64,000 bases of DNA from Fistulifera solaris (lineage: Eukaryota). The stretch lies in the NCBI GenBank assembly GCA_030295235.1, contig AP026132.1:682001-746000 (forward strand), read 5' to 3'. The stretch's first letter is position 1, and each line of letters begins with the position of its first letter. Under the pieces are notes generated by a model, which worked only from the letters and a program-made list of their open reading frames with translations, searched no databases and had not been told where the DNA came from. This document shows positions 38,551 through 50,823 of the stretch, piece by piece. Position numbers and translations under genes: made by a program.

Positions 38551-39339
38551 ATGAACATTCAGTCAACACCCGCTCTATCTCATTCTGGAATCTCAAAAAA
38601 CAAACTTGTGCGCTCCGAGCACTACTTCATTTTCCCCGACGATCTTACTGAAACGACGGGATCGTCTTCGAACGCAGTTGGCTCGATTGCACCAGTTGAA
38701 GCTCAAATTCAGCAAGATGAGATGAAAAACACATTCAAGGTCATTCCGCAATCGCTTGAAAGCAAGTATTTGACAAACTACATCCTTACCAGCAGCCTTC
38801 CTCATCGTGCGGAGGAAAATTTGGTTCCTAAGTGGATCGTTGCTCATGATGCCTCAAGCACAGTGATATCTGACATTTCTTTGGAAAGCGGATACTCATC
38901 GGATGACGACTCAAAAATCGAAGTATGGGACCTTCGTGACCATCCAAGTGCTGTGGGTGATTATTGTAAGCATTCTTGGACCATTGAGGTCTACAATCGA
39001 GATCATCGAGCCGGCGATACAGTTTGGTTTCGCGCGTTTAAGAACGGTATAGCCGGTTATCGTGAGTGCGAAGATTGCGAAATTCTTGATTATATTGATA
39101 TGACTATCAAATCGGATCCGCGGTCGTGCTTTTACATCAAGACTACTTTGAATGATCAAGAGTTCATTTCATTCTTCAGTTCCGATCTCATTCTTCATGC
39201 ACTACACGCAATCCTTCGGCGAGCAGAATACGAAGACGGGATTGTGCTTCCAACAAAACCCGGGAATAGCAGGAAGCGATTTCCAAGAGGCGAAAATAAA
39301 GTGAAGAAAAGGTTTTTATCTTGGCTGTTTCCCTTCTAA
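38551..39339 (+). CDS. Hypothetical protein
   Basis: Intact 262-aa ATG ORF; no family recognised. Confidence 0.55.
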   Translation: MNIQSTPALSHSGISKNKLVRSEHYFIFPDDLTETTGSSSNAVGSIAPVEAQIQQDEMKNTFKVIPQSLESKYLTNYILTSSLPHRAEENLVPKWIVAHDASSTVISDISLESGYSSDDDSKIEVWDLRDHPSAVGDYCKHSWTIEVYNRDHRAGDTVWFRAFKNGIAGYRECEDCEILDYIDMTIKSDPRSCFYIKTTLNDQEFISFFSSDLILHALHAILRRAEYEDGIVLPTKPGNSRKRFPRGENKVKKRFLSWLFPF

Positions 39340-40524
39340 TTTGACGTTTGAAGCGCAAGCAAACGTTACCTTGGTCAATCCTTTCGCGGTCAACACCAAA
39401 CTTTTGATAAAATTCAGTCCATTACGATTGTTTAGGGTTTTAGCTCGTATTCATTATCTACCTAGACCTAGTAGCATCACTTTTGGAGTTAAGCTTATTT
39501 GACGACTCGTTTGTGTTTTGGACCCACTCGGTGACGCTTAATCTCTGACAAATTGGATAGTTGAGATTTGTCTCGTTTCCCGCTTTTATGAAACCTAGTC
39601 CACGGTACATGTAGGCTAAGGACACCTTAGTAAAAGTTATTGTTGGAAGCTGATGGAGCTCGCTATAGAGGGCTTCTTCACCTACTCTACTAGAGAGGTA
39701 CAGCTGGTTGCATAGCGGCACTATTCTCATGTAGCCCGGTACAAATTCTACACAGCGCCAAAAATTAATTTCCATTACCGTGTAATTTATCGTATAAAAA
39801 TCCCATGTTAAATATCTTTTTGTGCAAAACGAGATCAGGCACGATATTTATATGACTAAATTCAGATTTTCAAGAGGAATGATATTGGTTATTATCGTGC
39901 CTGACTTGGCTTTTTTGACGAACCTCTGACATTTTTTCTACACAAGTCCGCGGAAACTGCTTTGTCGAAAACGATAATGACTTATATTTTTCCTCTTAAT
40001 TTGTTTTTAACCATATAATTATCGTTTTTCATTGATATAATTAAGAATGAAAAAATATCATGAAAAGTTTTTGCCGCAAAGACGCGATATTTTCTAGTGA
40101 GTGTAGAAAGTGTACCACACCGACGTGGGTCAGTGACCCCAAGCAAACAGCTGTATAGGTCTGAGTCTGAAAGCATGATGAATTCGACGGTACGCGGTAC
40201 GATCGTCCGACGTCCGACCGTTATACTTTGTACTTTACCAGTTCAGTATCGCGTACTGTAGAATGTATGAAAGAAACGTCGTTTCGATGAGAAAAGGTAT
40301 AGTGATACAAATAAGTAGGTTTATGATTGCAAGGAACATGGAATATTCCTATAGCACGGTTTCTACTTAACAAATATTTGTGGCAAGATTTCATGAATTC
40401 AAAACTCAAAAACCCGCAAGCCCGCAAGGTTTCGCCTTTGGTTATTATTTGTTGCTGCTTCGTTTGAGGACAAAACGCTTCGAGGCACAGTTGTGATTGC
40501 ATCAATCTTGTCTAAAAGATCAAG

Positions 40525-42025
40525 ATGCAGTTTCGTTCAGTGACTTTATTATTACTACCTGCCTGCACGGCAGGTTTCTTTTTAACAACAATTTAATCCG
40601 ACCTCCTGCCCCGACAAAGCCGAAGGTTTCGTCGGATGAAGAGCGCGCTGCTGCCATGTCACAATACCTAGCGAAAGCTCACGAGGAAAAGTTGCGAGCG
40701 GTGAAGGCCGCAGAAGATAAGAAAATGGAAGAAATCAGGTTGCTCAAAGAAGAGATTGCTGCTTTAAAAGCGGCCAAGTCTCCGGTGGTTGTGTCATCGC
40801 CGCCACCGGGCCCGATCGGAGAGTTAGCGAAATACCAAGAGTTCATGAAGACTTACATTGTAAATGCTCACAAACAGAAAGTCGATGCCATCAAGGCGGC
40901 CGAAGCAGCACTCAACAAGAGATGGGAAGCGAAATTGGCAGAGCTTGGATTCGGAGCTCCATCCCCAGCCGTTGCTCCTCCCAGTGACATTCTGAAACCC
41001 AAGGTCGTAAATGAGCTGCTGGCTGCTCGTAATGAGGGCGTAAAAGCGTCTGCATCTGCCGGAAAGAGTCGTTGGGGAGAATCAGAAGTGCACAAGGTGA
41101 AAACAGGAACTGAGTTGGGCTCTTTCGTTAAAAGCGATGCACCCGCGACCTTGTCGGCGCCGCCTCGAGTACCCGTCGTCGCATCGTCGCCAGGTGACAA
41201 AATTACAGAGACCCCTGAAATCATTGCTGCCGATCACGGTTTGCGAGCAGATGGAGGAGTCGGGGGACCATCGCTAGCTGAACGTGTCGCGTTGGGTCCC
41301 AACATTGGAGCCAAAATTGTTGCCGGTGTCACATCCGTGTCTTCTAAGGCACCTGCCAGCAGTCTAACATTAGAAGAGCGTCTGGCTGGTGGCGTGAATA
41401 TCGGGGCTAGAATTGTCAAACAAGGAAGCACAGTTGAGCCGGTTCCCGTTGCTACTGATGACTCCACTTTTTCAGCATGCGAAACGCCAAGGTCCTACAC
41501 GAAGCCGAAGCGGGCAAGTCACGTTGGGGCACCCAGGAAATTGAACGCGTGCGCACTCTTCCCCGTAGTTCCACTGCAGGAACAGAAAAAGCAGTAGTTC
41601 CCGTTCCCCCGGAAGTCGAGGCTGCGGATCATGGCTTGAGGGCCGACGGTGGAGTTGGCGGACCAACATTGGCCGAACGAATCGCATTGGGGGCCAACAT
41701 TGGAGCCGAAATTGTCGCACAAAGTGCTCCTTCGTCGACGAGTCTTTATGAAAAACGAAACGTTCAAGTTACTGCCGCTGCGGCCGCGGGGAAATCTCGT
41801 TGGGGTTCCCAAGAAATCGGGAAACTATCGAGTAAGACGATTGACTCGGTGGAAATCGTCAACAGTCACGAGGATATATTTGAACAGCGAAATAACAAAG
41901 TGCTTGCCGAATCAGCCGCCGGAAAGTCGCGCTGGGGAAAAGAAGAGATCACACGTCTCCAGATGCACAGTGGCTCGGCCAAAGGCTTTCCTGCGAAAGT
42001 AAACGGAAGTGTTGTAGGCGTCTGA
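40525..42025 (+). CDS. Plastid-targeted low-complexity repeat protein
   Basis: ATG at 40525 gives MQFRSVTLLLLPACTAG-FF, which joins the 40497 ORF by one T at about 40580. A second T-run indel at about 41470 joins the 41477 ORF. Internal repeats GKSRWG x4 and ADHGLRADGGVGGP x2. Confidence 0.75.
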
Positions 42026-42239
42026 GACTATAGTTTGTCTAAGAGAAAAGTGTTTTACGAATCCATCTATTATTCTTCAATGATGACGGGAGCCGGTCGC
42101 ACTACTTAGTTGCTGATATCCACTGTAGATCTTTGGTATTCATTTGGTTTGAAGAATCAATAAAACTCGTTGAAGATGTTATATGTCCACACTTTTAGCG
42201 AAGCAGCGGGAACTGGGGGAACATGACAGAAGGCTATTA

Positions 42240-43358
42240 TTAAGTTTTATTGCTATTTTCTCCTTCATCGTCCTTACTTGAGTCTTCCTTCGCGATTGGT
42301 TTGCTATCTTCGCTTTCGTCGGCTGCGCCATCCTCGTCGGTCTCGTTACTAAACTTTACTTTCTTCGGTGAGTGCATTACTTCATGGTCGTCGTCGTCGC
42401 CGGCATGTTTCACCCCACTTGTAATTTGATCGAACGTTGCAACTTCCACGCCAAGAACCCCAGCTACTTCCCCCCCTTAGTTCAAGTAACTCTTTTGTAT
42501 TCGGACCTCGCCCATGTTCATCTCGAAATTTTTTGATGACTTGACTGAGCAGCATATTGAGCATCGCCGATCTTTCTTCCTCATCCAGATCTTCATCCTC
42601 ACCCAAAACAAAATCTTCTTCTTCGTCATCATCATCGGTATTACCATCATCGTCTTCCTCGTCTTCTTCCTCCTCGTCGTCATCTTCCTCAACTTCTGGA
42701 GCAACGACATCTGTCCGTGAAGCGAAATGAATGTACTCCTCGCGTGTATAATCGAGGAAGAAATCTTGATTGCTCGGTACTTTCAGCTTCTCAACTGCTT
42801 CGCCGTCATCGCCTTCTTGATCTAATTCTTCTTCAGTTTCCGCTACTTTCATAATGAGAATATCCCCAAAGACGCGGATCCCATCCAACGGCGGCTGCAA
42901 TAAATGCGGGTTCAAAGGCAGTTGCGCCGTGCGGAGCGCATTGACAAAATCGGTTTTCTCCACAAACCCCTTCGTATCCATCTGAAAGTCGTGACACAGT
43001 TTCCGCAACTGCGTGACCGACAGTTCGTCCAATTCATCCGGAAGTTCTTGACGCGCCATGACGACCGTCCCTTCCGTCGGGAATTGCCCGATAAAGGTAA
43101 AAGGTCCCCGAGGACTTGCGCCGCGGCGCTCTTGCTGGGCGTGGTATCGAGTTCGATTTCGTCAATGAGTTCCGTCAAGACGGGCCGTTGATGCAATTCT
43201 TCGGCATTCGCATAGGCGGGATGTGGTTTGATGTCTTTTCCGTCGGGACGCGCGTGTCGCAAGAGGACGCACTTGACGATGGGTCCCGACGACGAAAGAA
43301 TGGCACCAATGTCGACCCCGGCCAGTAAATCGGTTCCAGTAGTTTTCTCCTTTGACAT
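42240..43358 (-). CDS. Acidic hypothetical protein with SAP-like motif
   Basis: LSVTQLRKLC..DTKGFVEKTDFV and a D/E-rich tract. Three ORFs are linked by indels at about 43108 and 42473. Confidence 0.65.
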
Positions 43359-43644
43359 TGCAAATTATTACCTGTAGTTATACCTCTGAATGATATGTGC
43401 TTTTGGTGGTTTGGTTGTTGATGGCCCTGCTTCGCAATCATCTCCATCATAGCGATCGAGGTGAGTATCGGTTCGCATGCGGGCGCAAAAAAAAGGCGGA
43501 GGACGAGTTTATTGCGTTTTGGATACCGACAAAGGCGCGCAACTTGGGCTACTAAATACAAAACATCATCTTGTTTTCAAGTACTTTCATTCTAAAGATT
43601 AAATAGTAATAAAAATAGAACTCATATCCGTTGATCAAAGTATC

Positions 43645-43686
43645 TCTCCCGCTCTACACCAAAGAGTGGGCGGAAAGGGCGCGAAA
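43645..43686. promoter_or_regulatory. Cluster of E2F-like sites upstream of the MCMBP-like gene
   Basis: TCTCCCGC, GGCGGAAA and GGCGCGAAA (reverse complement TTTCGCGCC) lie about 140-180 nt before the ATG of a replication gene. Confidence 0.4.
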
Positions 43687-43824
43687 GCGCGGACACTTTA
43701 CTATTCTCCCCCCAGTATTTCGCACGCGGGGGTCGACTTGCGGGGAATGCATGCATCCAAATGACGGAGCGTGCGAATGATTACTCCGTATCATTGATAT
43801 TCATTGAACTACTTTATTAATAAT

Positions 43825-45406
43825 ATGACAACACCACCCATCGTTTCACCCGCCAATTCTCAGGAGGAAAGTCACCGAAGCATTCATACATTTTGGTATT
43901 CGAAGCTACAAGATGGAATGTCACTGACCGAAGCGGATTGGCGATCCCTGGGAGACGAAAAGGTACGTGCGAAGCAGCTTACGGCATAGTCACAAACTAT
44001 GTTGAACACTCATCATTTCTGCTAGTCGACGCTCCCATGTTTTGATCAGGACACCCCGCATTCCGGTGTCGTTCGTTGTTTGGGAATGGTGCAAGATATG
44101 CTCGCACCCGAATACGATCACACCAACAACTCCACGTTGATGGAACGAACACCGCTCGTCATTGCACCGATTCCCCAAACCACTCCCTGGTTTCAGGAAA
44201 TAATGTACGACAGTGCCCATCGCGACAAGCGATTGTGTTGGGACGACAACAATTGCGCCGAACCCGCCGACCCGAAAGTAGTCGCCAACTTTTTCTACGA
44301 TCAATACGAACATCAACCACCCAAACTGCGACTCAATGAAGTCGTGGAACTGGTGGGTGTCATGGAACAGGACGTAGTGATGGAGGATCATCATCCACGA
44401 GAGACGTCGTGGAAAGATACGCTCATTTCGGCGTTTGATGCCGAGGAAGAAGAAGAAATGTTGCCCCTGCCGCGCCTACAAGTGTTGTGGTATCGAACAC
44501 TGGATCTCGATCAGTCAATTTTGCCGCCTTTACAAATGCCCAATCCTCCTTCCAATGAACTTGTTGCTTCGGCGCTTTCTCGGGCATTGTCAATCGATAC
44601 TCTCACGGCGAGTGCGATCTGGATGGCGTTGCTTTCTCTGGCGGAACGAAAGCCGTGTGGAACACCCCGAAGAACGCCTTACGCAACGACTTTGGGGTGT
44701 GCCTCGTTAGCAATTCTTCTGCCGGACGCGAGTGCTTGTCACCAGTTTCAGAAACGACTGGAAGACGTTCTTTCGTCGATATTGCCCTCGTTGGTGACGC
44801 CTCTTTTGAAAGATCTCCCGACACCGAGCAAGAAAAGCGGTCGACTGGCACAAAGTCCTCTGCAGTTGCCCAAGGGAGCGACGGTGCTGTTGAACGCGGG
44901 TGAGATACAGCCAGGTCCTCTTTCACCGCAGGGTTTGGAAATGTTACAAGCCGTCCAAGAATTGACCAGTGGTCATCAAGTCCCTTACCAGTTTGACGGT
45001 GGAATGCGTATACCGTTTGAAGCGGATGTTCGCATCATTGTGCTCTGTACGACGGAAACCAAAAGTTTACTTCCGTGTCTGCTGCAAATCAAGGGCCAGC
45101 CGGGGTTGGAACCGTCGGATGGGTCCGAGTCCATGTGCCAAACGATTCGGGAGCACTTGGCCCATGCACGATCCGGCCCACCGATCGACTTACCGTTGCA
45201 ACTACTCACCGACGCCCAGCAAGACTTTTTTACAGCGGCGCCAGGAAGCTCGCCTGCGCAATGCTACCGTCGATGAAATGGCCTTTCATCGTTGGCTGAC
45301 GTTGACAAGGTTAATTGCCCGCGGCCGAAGAGCCCAACAAGCGGCTACTTGCGACTGGGCGTCGGCCTTGCAACTAGACGATGCTATGCTCAGTTCTTTG
45401 TCATAG
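43825..45406 (+). CDS. MCMBP: Mini-chromosome maintenance complex-binding protein-like
   Basis: RCLGMVQDMLAPEY, LRLNEVVELVGV, LPRLQVL, PLQLPKGATVLL, AQQDF...FHRWLTLTRL. Intron 43963-44025. Frameshift at about 45230. Confidence 0.78.
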
Positions 45407-45457
45407 CTACACAATTTTTATTAATTTCAAATAATGCACGATTAACTCGCTTACTCA

Positions 45458-48439
45458 CTAATGGCGTCTTTGTCTGTTCAGCTCCTGACCAAGCGTAATG
45501 ACAAGCTGCGCGACACGCACATCGCCGTCTCCGATGGCCCCAGCTGAAGCTCGCTGCTGATAGTCATCACAACAGCCGACAGTTACCATCCACGCGTCAT
45601 CTTCGCCTGCCTCTACCGACCCATCCAGCTGAACAAGCATTGAGCTCACGTATTCTTCGGCTTTCACGCGTTTGACATGATGCGGGGAAGAAAGTAGAGT
45701 TGGGGCGAAAGAGAATAAATAATGAAAGATTGTAGACGGTCTGATATCTCTCATCCAGGGCTCTCGCAAGAGCGCCTTAGCAAGTTCTGTCGAGCTCGTG
45801 TTCTTTGACTCTAAACCTGTCCAAAAGAGCATTTGTCGCACTCCGCGAAGTTCGGCATACGGCTTTCCCTTCTCGATTTGGCTCAGCGGCTTACTCGCGC
45901 CTCCACTAATCTTGCCTAAAAACTGCTCCAACACCAACTCAAGATCAGCGAGATCCTGCGTAATGTGCAATCGAGCCGTTTCCTCCAGAGGCCGGACGAG
46001 ACACACATTTGAAATGTATGTGTAAATAGTGAAAGTTGAGACTGTCGACGCCACAGTGCTAGAATATGGCGGTGGAAATTTCACCAAAAAATTCTTTGCG
46101 ATGGAATCAAAAATAGTCGACAAGTGTTTTTGAACGAACGATGGCTGACCTTCTCCGTCTTTATCACTAGAAGATTCCAGGTAAACCCCCATGTGAATTT
46201 TCGCCAAGACTGACGCAATCTGTCGATTGAGAGCACGGCACAATGGATTCAGAATGGTACTCTTCACCATGCGATTAATAGAGTCAATAGCTGGCGCCAA
46301 GGCCCTTTGGCATATCTTTGCAGCTTCTTCATGTTGAGAAAGCGTCGCTGGTAGATACGGACCAACAAACGTCTTGTGAGGTGCTTCCCGTAAATAATTG
46401 GCGAGGGTGAACATGATAGCGGCAACTTTGCGGTCATGCTGTAGATTCTCAGTCATAGCAAACGTATTTGCGGCAAGATAACCATTTTCGCCGACACCAC
46501 TGATGGCATTTTTGGCGCGCGTACAGAACTCTACTATCAGGTCAACGACGCAGTCAGCAATCATCGTGACAGTAGAAAAATCTCCGCCTCCTTCCTTTGG
46601 ATCCGCAAGAGACAGCTCCTGGCGAATATTTTGCTCAAAGCGCTGCAGATCATACTTGCTTGGTAGGAGTACGGTGGTAACGGCTCCAGCTATCGCAACA
46701 CCATCATCATCCACAGCAATATGCTCGGGGAACATGTATTGCAGTGGCTCATGTAAACGATCTTTGCATTTCTCAAGAAAAACTTGTTCCAGTCGGAATA
46801 TGCCACTTCCTGTTTCCTTATTGCCTCTAAACTCTTCCCACTCTATCGAGTTAAAGACAGCAGAAAGAGAAGCACCTGTCAATGCTGTGAAGTTTGATTC
46901 TCCGGGACTTTCCGAGTTCAGCGGTCGTGTCCACGTGTCTGCTGATACAGCAGCTTGCGGGTTATCAGGCAAACTGGCCATAGCTTTCCCTTGCGTCAAA
47001 AGTTCGTCATCTAGTGCAAAAGAGCCACCCAGAATACCAGAAGTACCGGCTGAAGAATCTTCGATCCCTGTAGCAGACGAGGATGATGCTCCTTTGCTAT
47101 CTTGAATTCGCGCGAGCAGCTCTATAGAAGCAGATCTAACCGCAGGATAGAGACTGGATATTTCCGCCTTCATTTTCCCTTTATCGTACTGGAGCGCATT
47201 GGCAATGATTTCGGCCAAAGAGCGTGACAACCTCGACCAGTACAGAGTAAACAGAGAAAATTTTTCTTGTGAATGTACACTGTATTCCGCTGGAATAGGT
47301 CCGGCAGCTACAACATCCAGAAACACACTACGACTAACGGGGTCAGTTTTACGGAGCAGCACTGTCTGCAAGTGAAACACTTGCAAAGCAGCTTCCACCA
47401 TATGGTTTGACCACTCCTGTACGACTTGTGTTCTTGCTTCCGTCAACTTCTTCGCTAATGACTTTGTATCTCCTTTCGCCGCTTTCTTGGCCTGTTCTTG
47501 AATCCCCGACAGCGTAACGGGGTTCCACAATTCTCGGCAGGCAGCTTCTGCTTTAGTGTGCGCATCATCGACCGCTTTCCAAACAGCATCTGGCAATTCA
47601 CCAAGATGATAATATACCTGAAGTGTAGCACCTAATTTCTGCAGAGCATTCATTTTTGCCGTATTCTGATGTTGTGCCATGAGGGAAGCCGCCGCTTTGC
47701 GGACCGCTCGGGCGGTGGATTCGGCCTCGGGTCTTAATTTCTCTACAATGTCAATTTTCTCATCGCTTGTTTCCTTCAACAGATCTTCTAGGACGGCTAC
47801 CGACGCAGCCGCTCGGGTCAGATCTCGCAAATCATCCAAGTCATAGCTCTGCAACTTTTCATTTTCGAATTGCATGCGGAGAATTTTTTTCAAACTAGCG
47901 CTCAACAGCAACACGCGCTCGAGATTCTTGCACGAAACTTCCATGCGAGTGAGTCCACGTGCGAGGGACGATTCCACGCGACGTGTCACCGTCTCGAGTG
48001 ACTCGGCCTGTTTTTGCAATCGATCTGCTTTTTCACGCATCGCTCGCAACGTAATAGTGGATAATTCTGCTTCAGCTTGGTGTTCTTCCAAATTGTATCC
48101 GTGCAATTCAAGGAAATGACCAGCCACTGCTTCGGGGCTCGTACGAGACAATTTCACAGCCAAAGATTGGACGAGAATCAGTTTGCGGTCGACGTCTTGC
48201 AAAGCAAGGTCGGCCTGCTGCTGTGTATCACCCCGTTCACCCTCTTTCTGTAGTAAGGTAGAAGCATACGCGAAAGCTACTTGATCGCCCGATCTGGATG
48301 CCTCCGTCAGTCCAAACTGTTTCAAGAGTGGATCCTCTTTGAGTAAGACTTGCAGACTCGCTGCCGCGGCGGATGCCGAATCAAGACCGTCGCCTCGACC
48401 CGTAGTTTTGCCGGAATGACCCCGACTGGAAGAGTCCAT
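45458..48439 (-). CDS. COG5: Conserved oligomeric Golgi complex subunit 5-like
   Basis: 993-aa helical protein with LGATLQVYYHLGEL, LVRPLEETARLHITQDLADLE and LLSSPH. Confidence 0.75.
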   Translation of the reverse strand: MDSSSRGHSGKTTGRGDGLDSASAAAASLQVLLKEDPLLKQFGLTEASRSGDQVAFAYASTLLQKEGERGDTQQQADLALQDVDRKLILVQSLAVKLSRTSPEAVAGHFLELHGYNLEEHQAEAELSTITLRAMREKADRLQKQAESLETVTRRVESSLARGLTRMEVSCKNLERVLLLSASLKKILRMQFENEKLQSYDLDDLRDLTRAAASVAVLEDLLKETSDEKIDIVEKLRPEAESTARAVRKAAASLMAQHQNTAKMNALQKLGATLQVYYHLGELPDAVWKAVDDAHTKAEAACRELWNPVTLSGIQEQAKKAAKGDTKSLAKKLTEARTQVVQEWSNHMVEAALQVFHLQTVLLRKTDPVSRSVFLDVVAAGPIPAEYSVHSQEKFSLFTLYWSRLSRSLAEIIANALQYDKGKMKAEISSLYPAVRSASIELLARIQDSKGASSSSATGIEDSSAGTSGILGGSFALDDELLTQGKAMASLPDNPQAAVSADTWTRPLNSESPGESNFTALTGASLSAVFNSIEWEEFRGNKETGSGIFRLEQVFLEKCKDRLHEPLQYMFPEHIAVDDDGVAIAGAVTTVLLPSKYDLQRFEQNIRQELSLADPKEGGGDFSTVTMIADCVVDLIVEFCTRAKNAISGVGENGYLAANTFAMTENLQHDRKVAAIMFTLANYLREAPHKTFVGPYLPATLSQHEEAAKICQRALAPAIDSINRMVKSTILNPLCRALNRQIASVLAKIHMGVYLESSSDKDGEGQPSFVQKHLSTIFDSIAKNFLVKFPPPYSSTVASTVSTFTIYTYISNVCLVRPLEETARLHITQDLADLELVLEQFLGKISGGASKPLSQIEKGKPYAELRGVRQMLFWTGLESKNTSSTELAKALLREPWMRDIRPSTIFHYLFSFAPTLLSSPHHVKRVKAEEYVSSMLVQLDGSVEAGEDDAWMVTVGCCDDYQQRASAGAIGDGDVRVAQLVITLGQELNRQRRH

Positions 48440-49083
48440 CTTTCAGCGTTTGCAAATAAGTAGGCTATATTATTATCTTGAGTCTTTTCAGCGCTGGTGT
48501 TGTATGTTGTGATCGAATAACAAAAGCGTTGCGGGCATTATTTTTGGTTGTGGCCTTGGTTTTCTGATTAGGAATAAGGCTATAGGTGTTACTTCTTTGT
48601 CTCGTGTTGCGAGTTGCGAGTTGCGATGTTGCGGAAGCGGACACGCCGATTTGTAAAAAAAAAAAAAAAATAGAATGAATTGCTCGAAATAAGTACTATA
48701 ACAATAACTACGTCGTCAAACATGAGCTACTAAAAACCGCGTCAAAGTCTCGACCAGAAAGAATTCAGATTGAATTTTGATTCATGACTCATGACTGACA
48801 GGCAGTCGTGGGAACTGTAAACCAACACTTCAGTCTATAGTAAATACTAACAACGACCCGCAACATATTTTAGTTTTTCCACACTCTGAACTCCGCATTG
48901 CGGTAAAAATGCAATGCACATTGACAAAACAGAACTACCTCGTAAAGTGATGCTAGTAAGGATTACAAATCCAGCCTTCAATTGACAGGAAATACCAGTC
49001 ATAACGAAGGTGCAGAGGAGTCTAGTAATTACGGCTTACAACAAAGGTGCTGCCTCGAATTCTATGCTGAGCTGTCACAGTTG

Positions 49084-50823
49084 TTATCCGTCTCGTCTTT
49101 TTGATCCCGACACAATATCATCAATGCGCAGGATCATACACGCACTCTCAATTGCCGTTTTAATCGTCTGCTGTTTCACGCTTAGCGGTTCCCAGATACC
49201 ATATTCTTTCATGTCGACCAATTCTCCTGTTGTTCCATTCACCCCCCACGTGCACTTTGCATTCGCCTCGTAAGCTTCCGCATGTTTCGCGCGCAACGCG
49301 GTGATCGATCGAATCACACTTACACCGCAATTTTGCGCTAATGTACGGGGAATCACTTCAAGTGCTTCCGCGACGGCCAAGAAGGGTGCTTGTTGTACTC
49401 CCTTAATTTCGCGCTGTCCATAGCGCTTCAAGGCTACGGCAAGTGCCATTTCGGACGCACCACCGCCCGGTAGCAACTGAGGGTTCGTGACCACATTTCG
49501 CGTCACTTGCATGGCATCTTGTAAGTTGCGTTCGACTTCGTTGAGAACATCTTTCGATCCTCCCCGTAAGATGATTGTGCATGCTTTGGGCTCGTGGCAT
49601 TCTGTCAAGAAGCAGAACCACTCATCTCCTACTTTGCGCATTTCGTATAACCCGCAGCCCTTTCCAATATCTGATTCTTGAATTTCATCCGTTCGACTCA
49701 CAATCGTAGCCCCTGTAGCTTTCGCAACTCGATTGTTATCCGTCTTTCTCAAACGACGGAAGGCAGCAACACCCGCTTTGGCTAGATAATGTTGCGCTAA
49801 ATCGCTCACGCCTTTTTCCGTGATAACGACATCCGGCTTGTGCTCCAAGATATCCCGACACTGTTGCGCGACATATTCCTCTTCCAGTTGCAGCAAAGCA
49901 TTCCAGTCATTTTCTTTTGAGGCGTCAATCTCAACATTTGTTTGCGACTCTCCTTTCTTGTACTCCAGAGGCGTATCTAAAAGCAAAATGCGAGGATTCT
50001 CGACTCGGCGCGGCATGGATGAATGCACCGTGTCTTTGTTGAACATGACTCCTTTGAGTACCTCACATTCCTCAATTTCTCCGCCAGGGATCTTTTCTAC
50101 CTTGGCGTATCGCTTAATATCCACTTGTGCTTCGTTTCCACCCGCAGATTTGGGTTCTGCTACGGTCAAAACCGCCTGTAACGCAATATCCACCATCAAA
50201 TCATTCCAGCGGCTGCTGAATTTTGTTCCCAATGTCGACTGAATCAACGATTTCATGAGCTCTTTATCTTTTGCACATCAATATCAACAGCCTGTTCTTT
50301 CAGTAATTCCAAAGCTTTTGCCAAAGCTTTGTGATAGGCCGAAACGAGAACCGTGGGATGTACATTGCTGGTTTCATTGCGCAGAAATGGCTCCGCTTGT
50401 CCGAGCACTTCGGCCGCCAAAACAATGACCGACGTGGTCCCATCACCCACCTCCTCATCTTGCGCACGGCTCAATTCGATCATACTTTTGGCGGTAGGAT
50501 GCGAAACATCGACTTCTCGCAAGATGGCGTGTCCGTCGTTAGTGAGAATGACACTCCCCATCGGATCCAAAAGCATCTTGAGCATGCTGCGCGGACCCAG
50601 TGTGGTACGAATGATATTCGCTACAGCACGAGCGGCCTGAATGTTCGCAATTTGCGCTTCTCTACCCGTTTGTCTTTGTGTTTTTGAGTCTGTTTGTTTG
50701 AAATAAGAAGGTAAGATCATGGGATGCAACATTTACACGATAAAGCGTGAATGCATTGTAGATCGACTTACTTAAAACCATAATCGGCGGACCGCCGCCT
50801 CCCATACTTTGACCGCCCATCAT
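49084..50823 (-). CDS. CCT3: T-complex protein 1 subunit gamma
   Basis: IRTTLGPRSMLKMLLDPMG, QDEEVGDGTTSV, DIKRYAKVEKIPGG, LEYKKGESQT. Intron 50690-50771. Frameshift at about 50270. Confidence 0.95.

Noticed and set aside
39770..40100. Centromere-like low-GC region
   Set aside because: At about 300 bp it is much shorter than the kb-scale low-GC centromeres described in diatoms.
46503..47105. Long antisense ORFs (here, and for example 34294-34998 and 26775-27338)
   Set aside because: Shadow ORFs opposite well-supported genes, with no motifs of their own.
48655..48670. Poly-A tract as a retroposon tail
   Set aside because: No target-site duplication or recognisable element body is visible.
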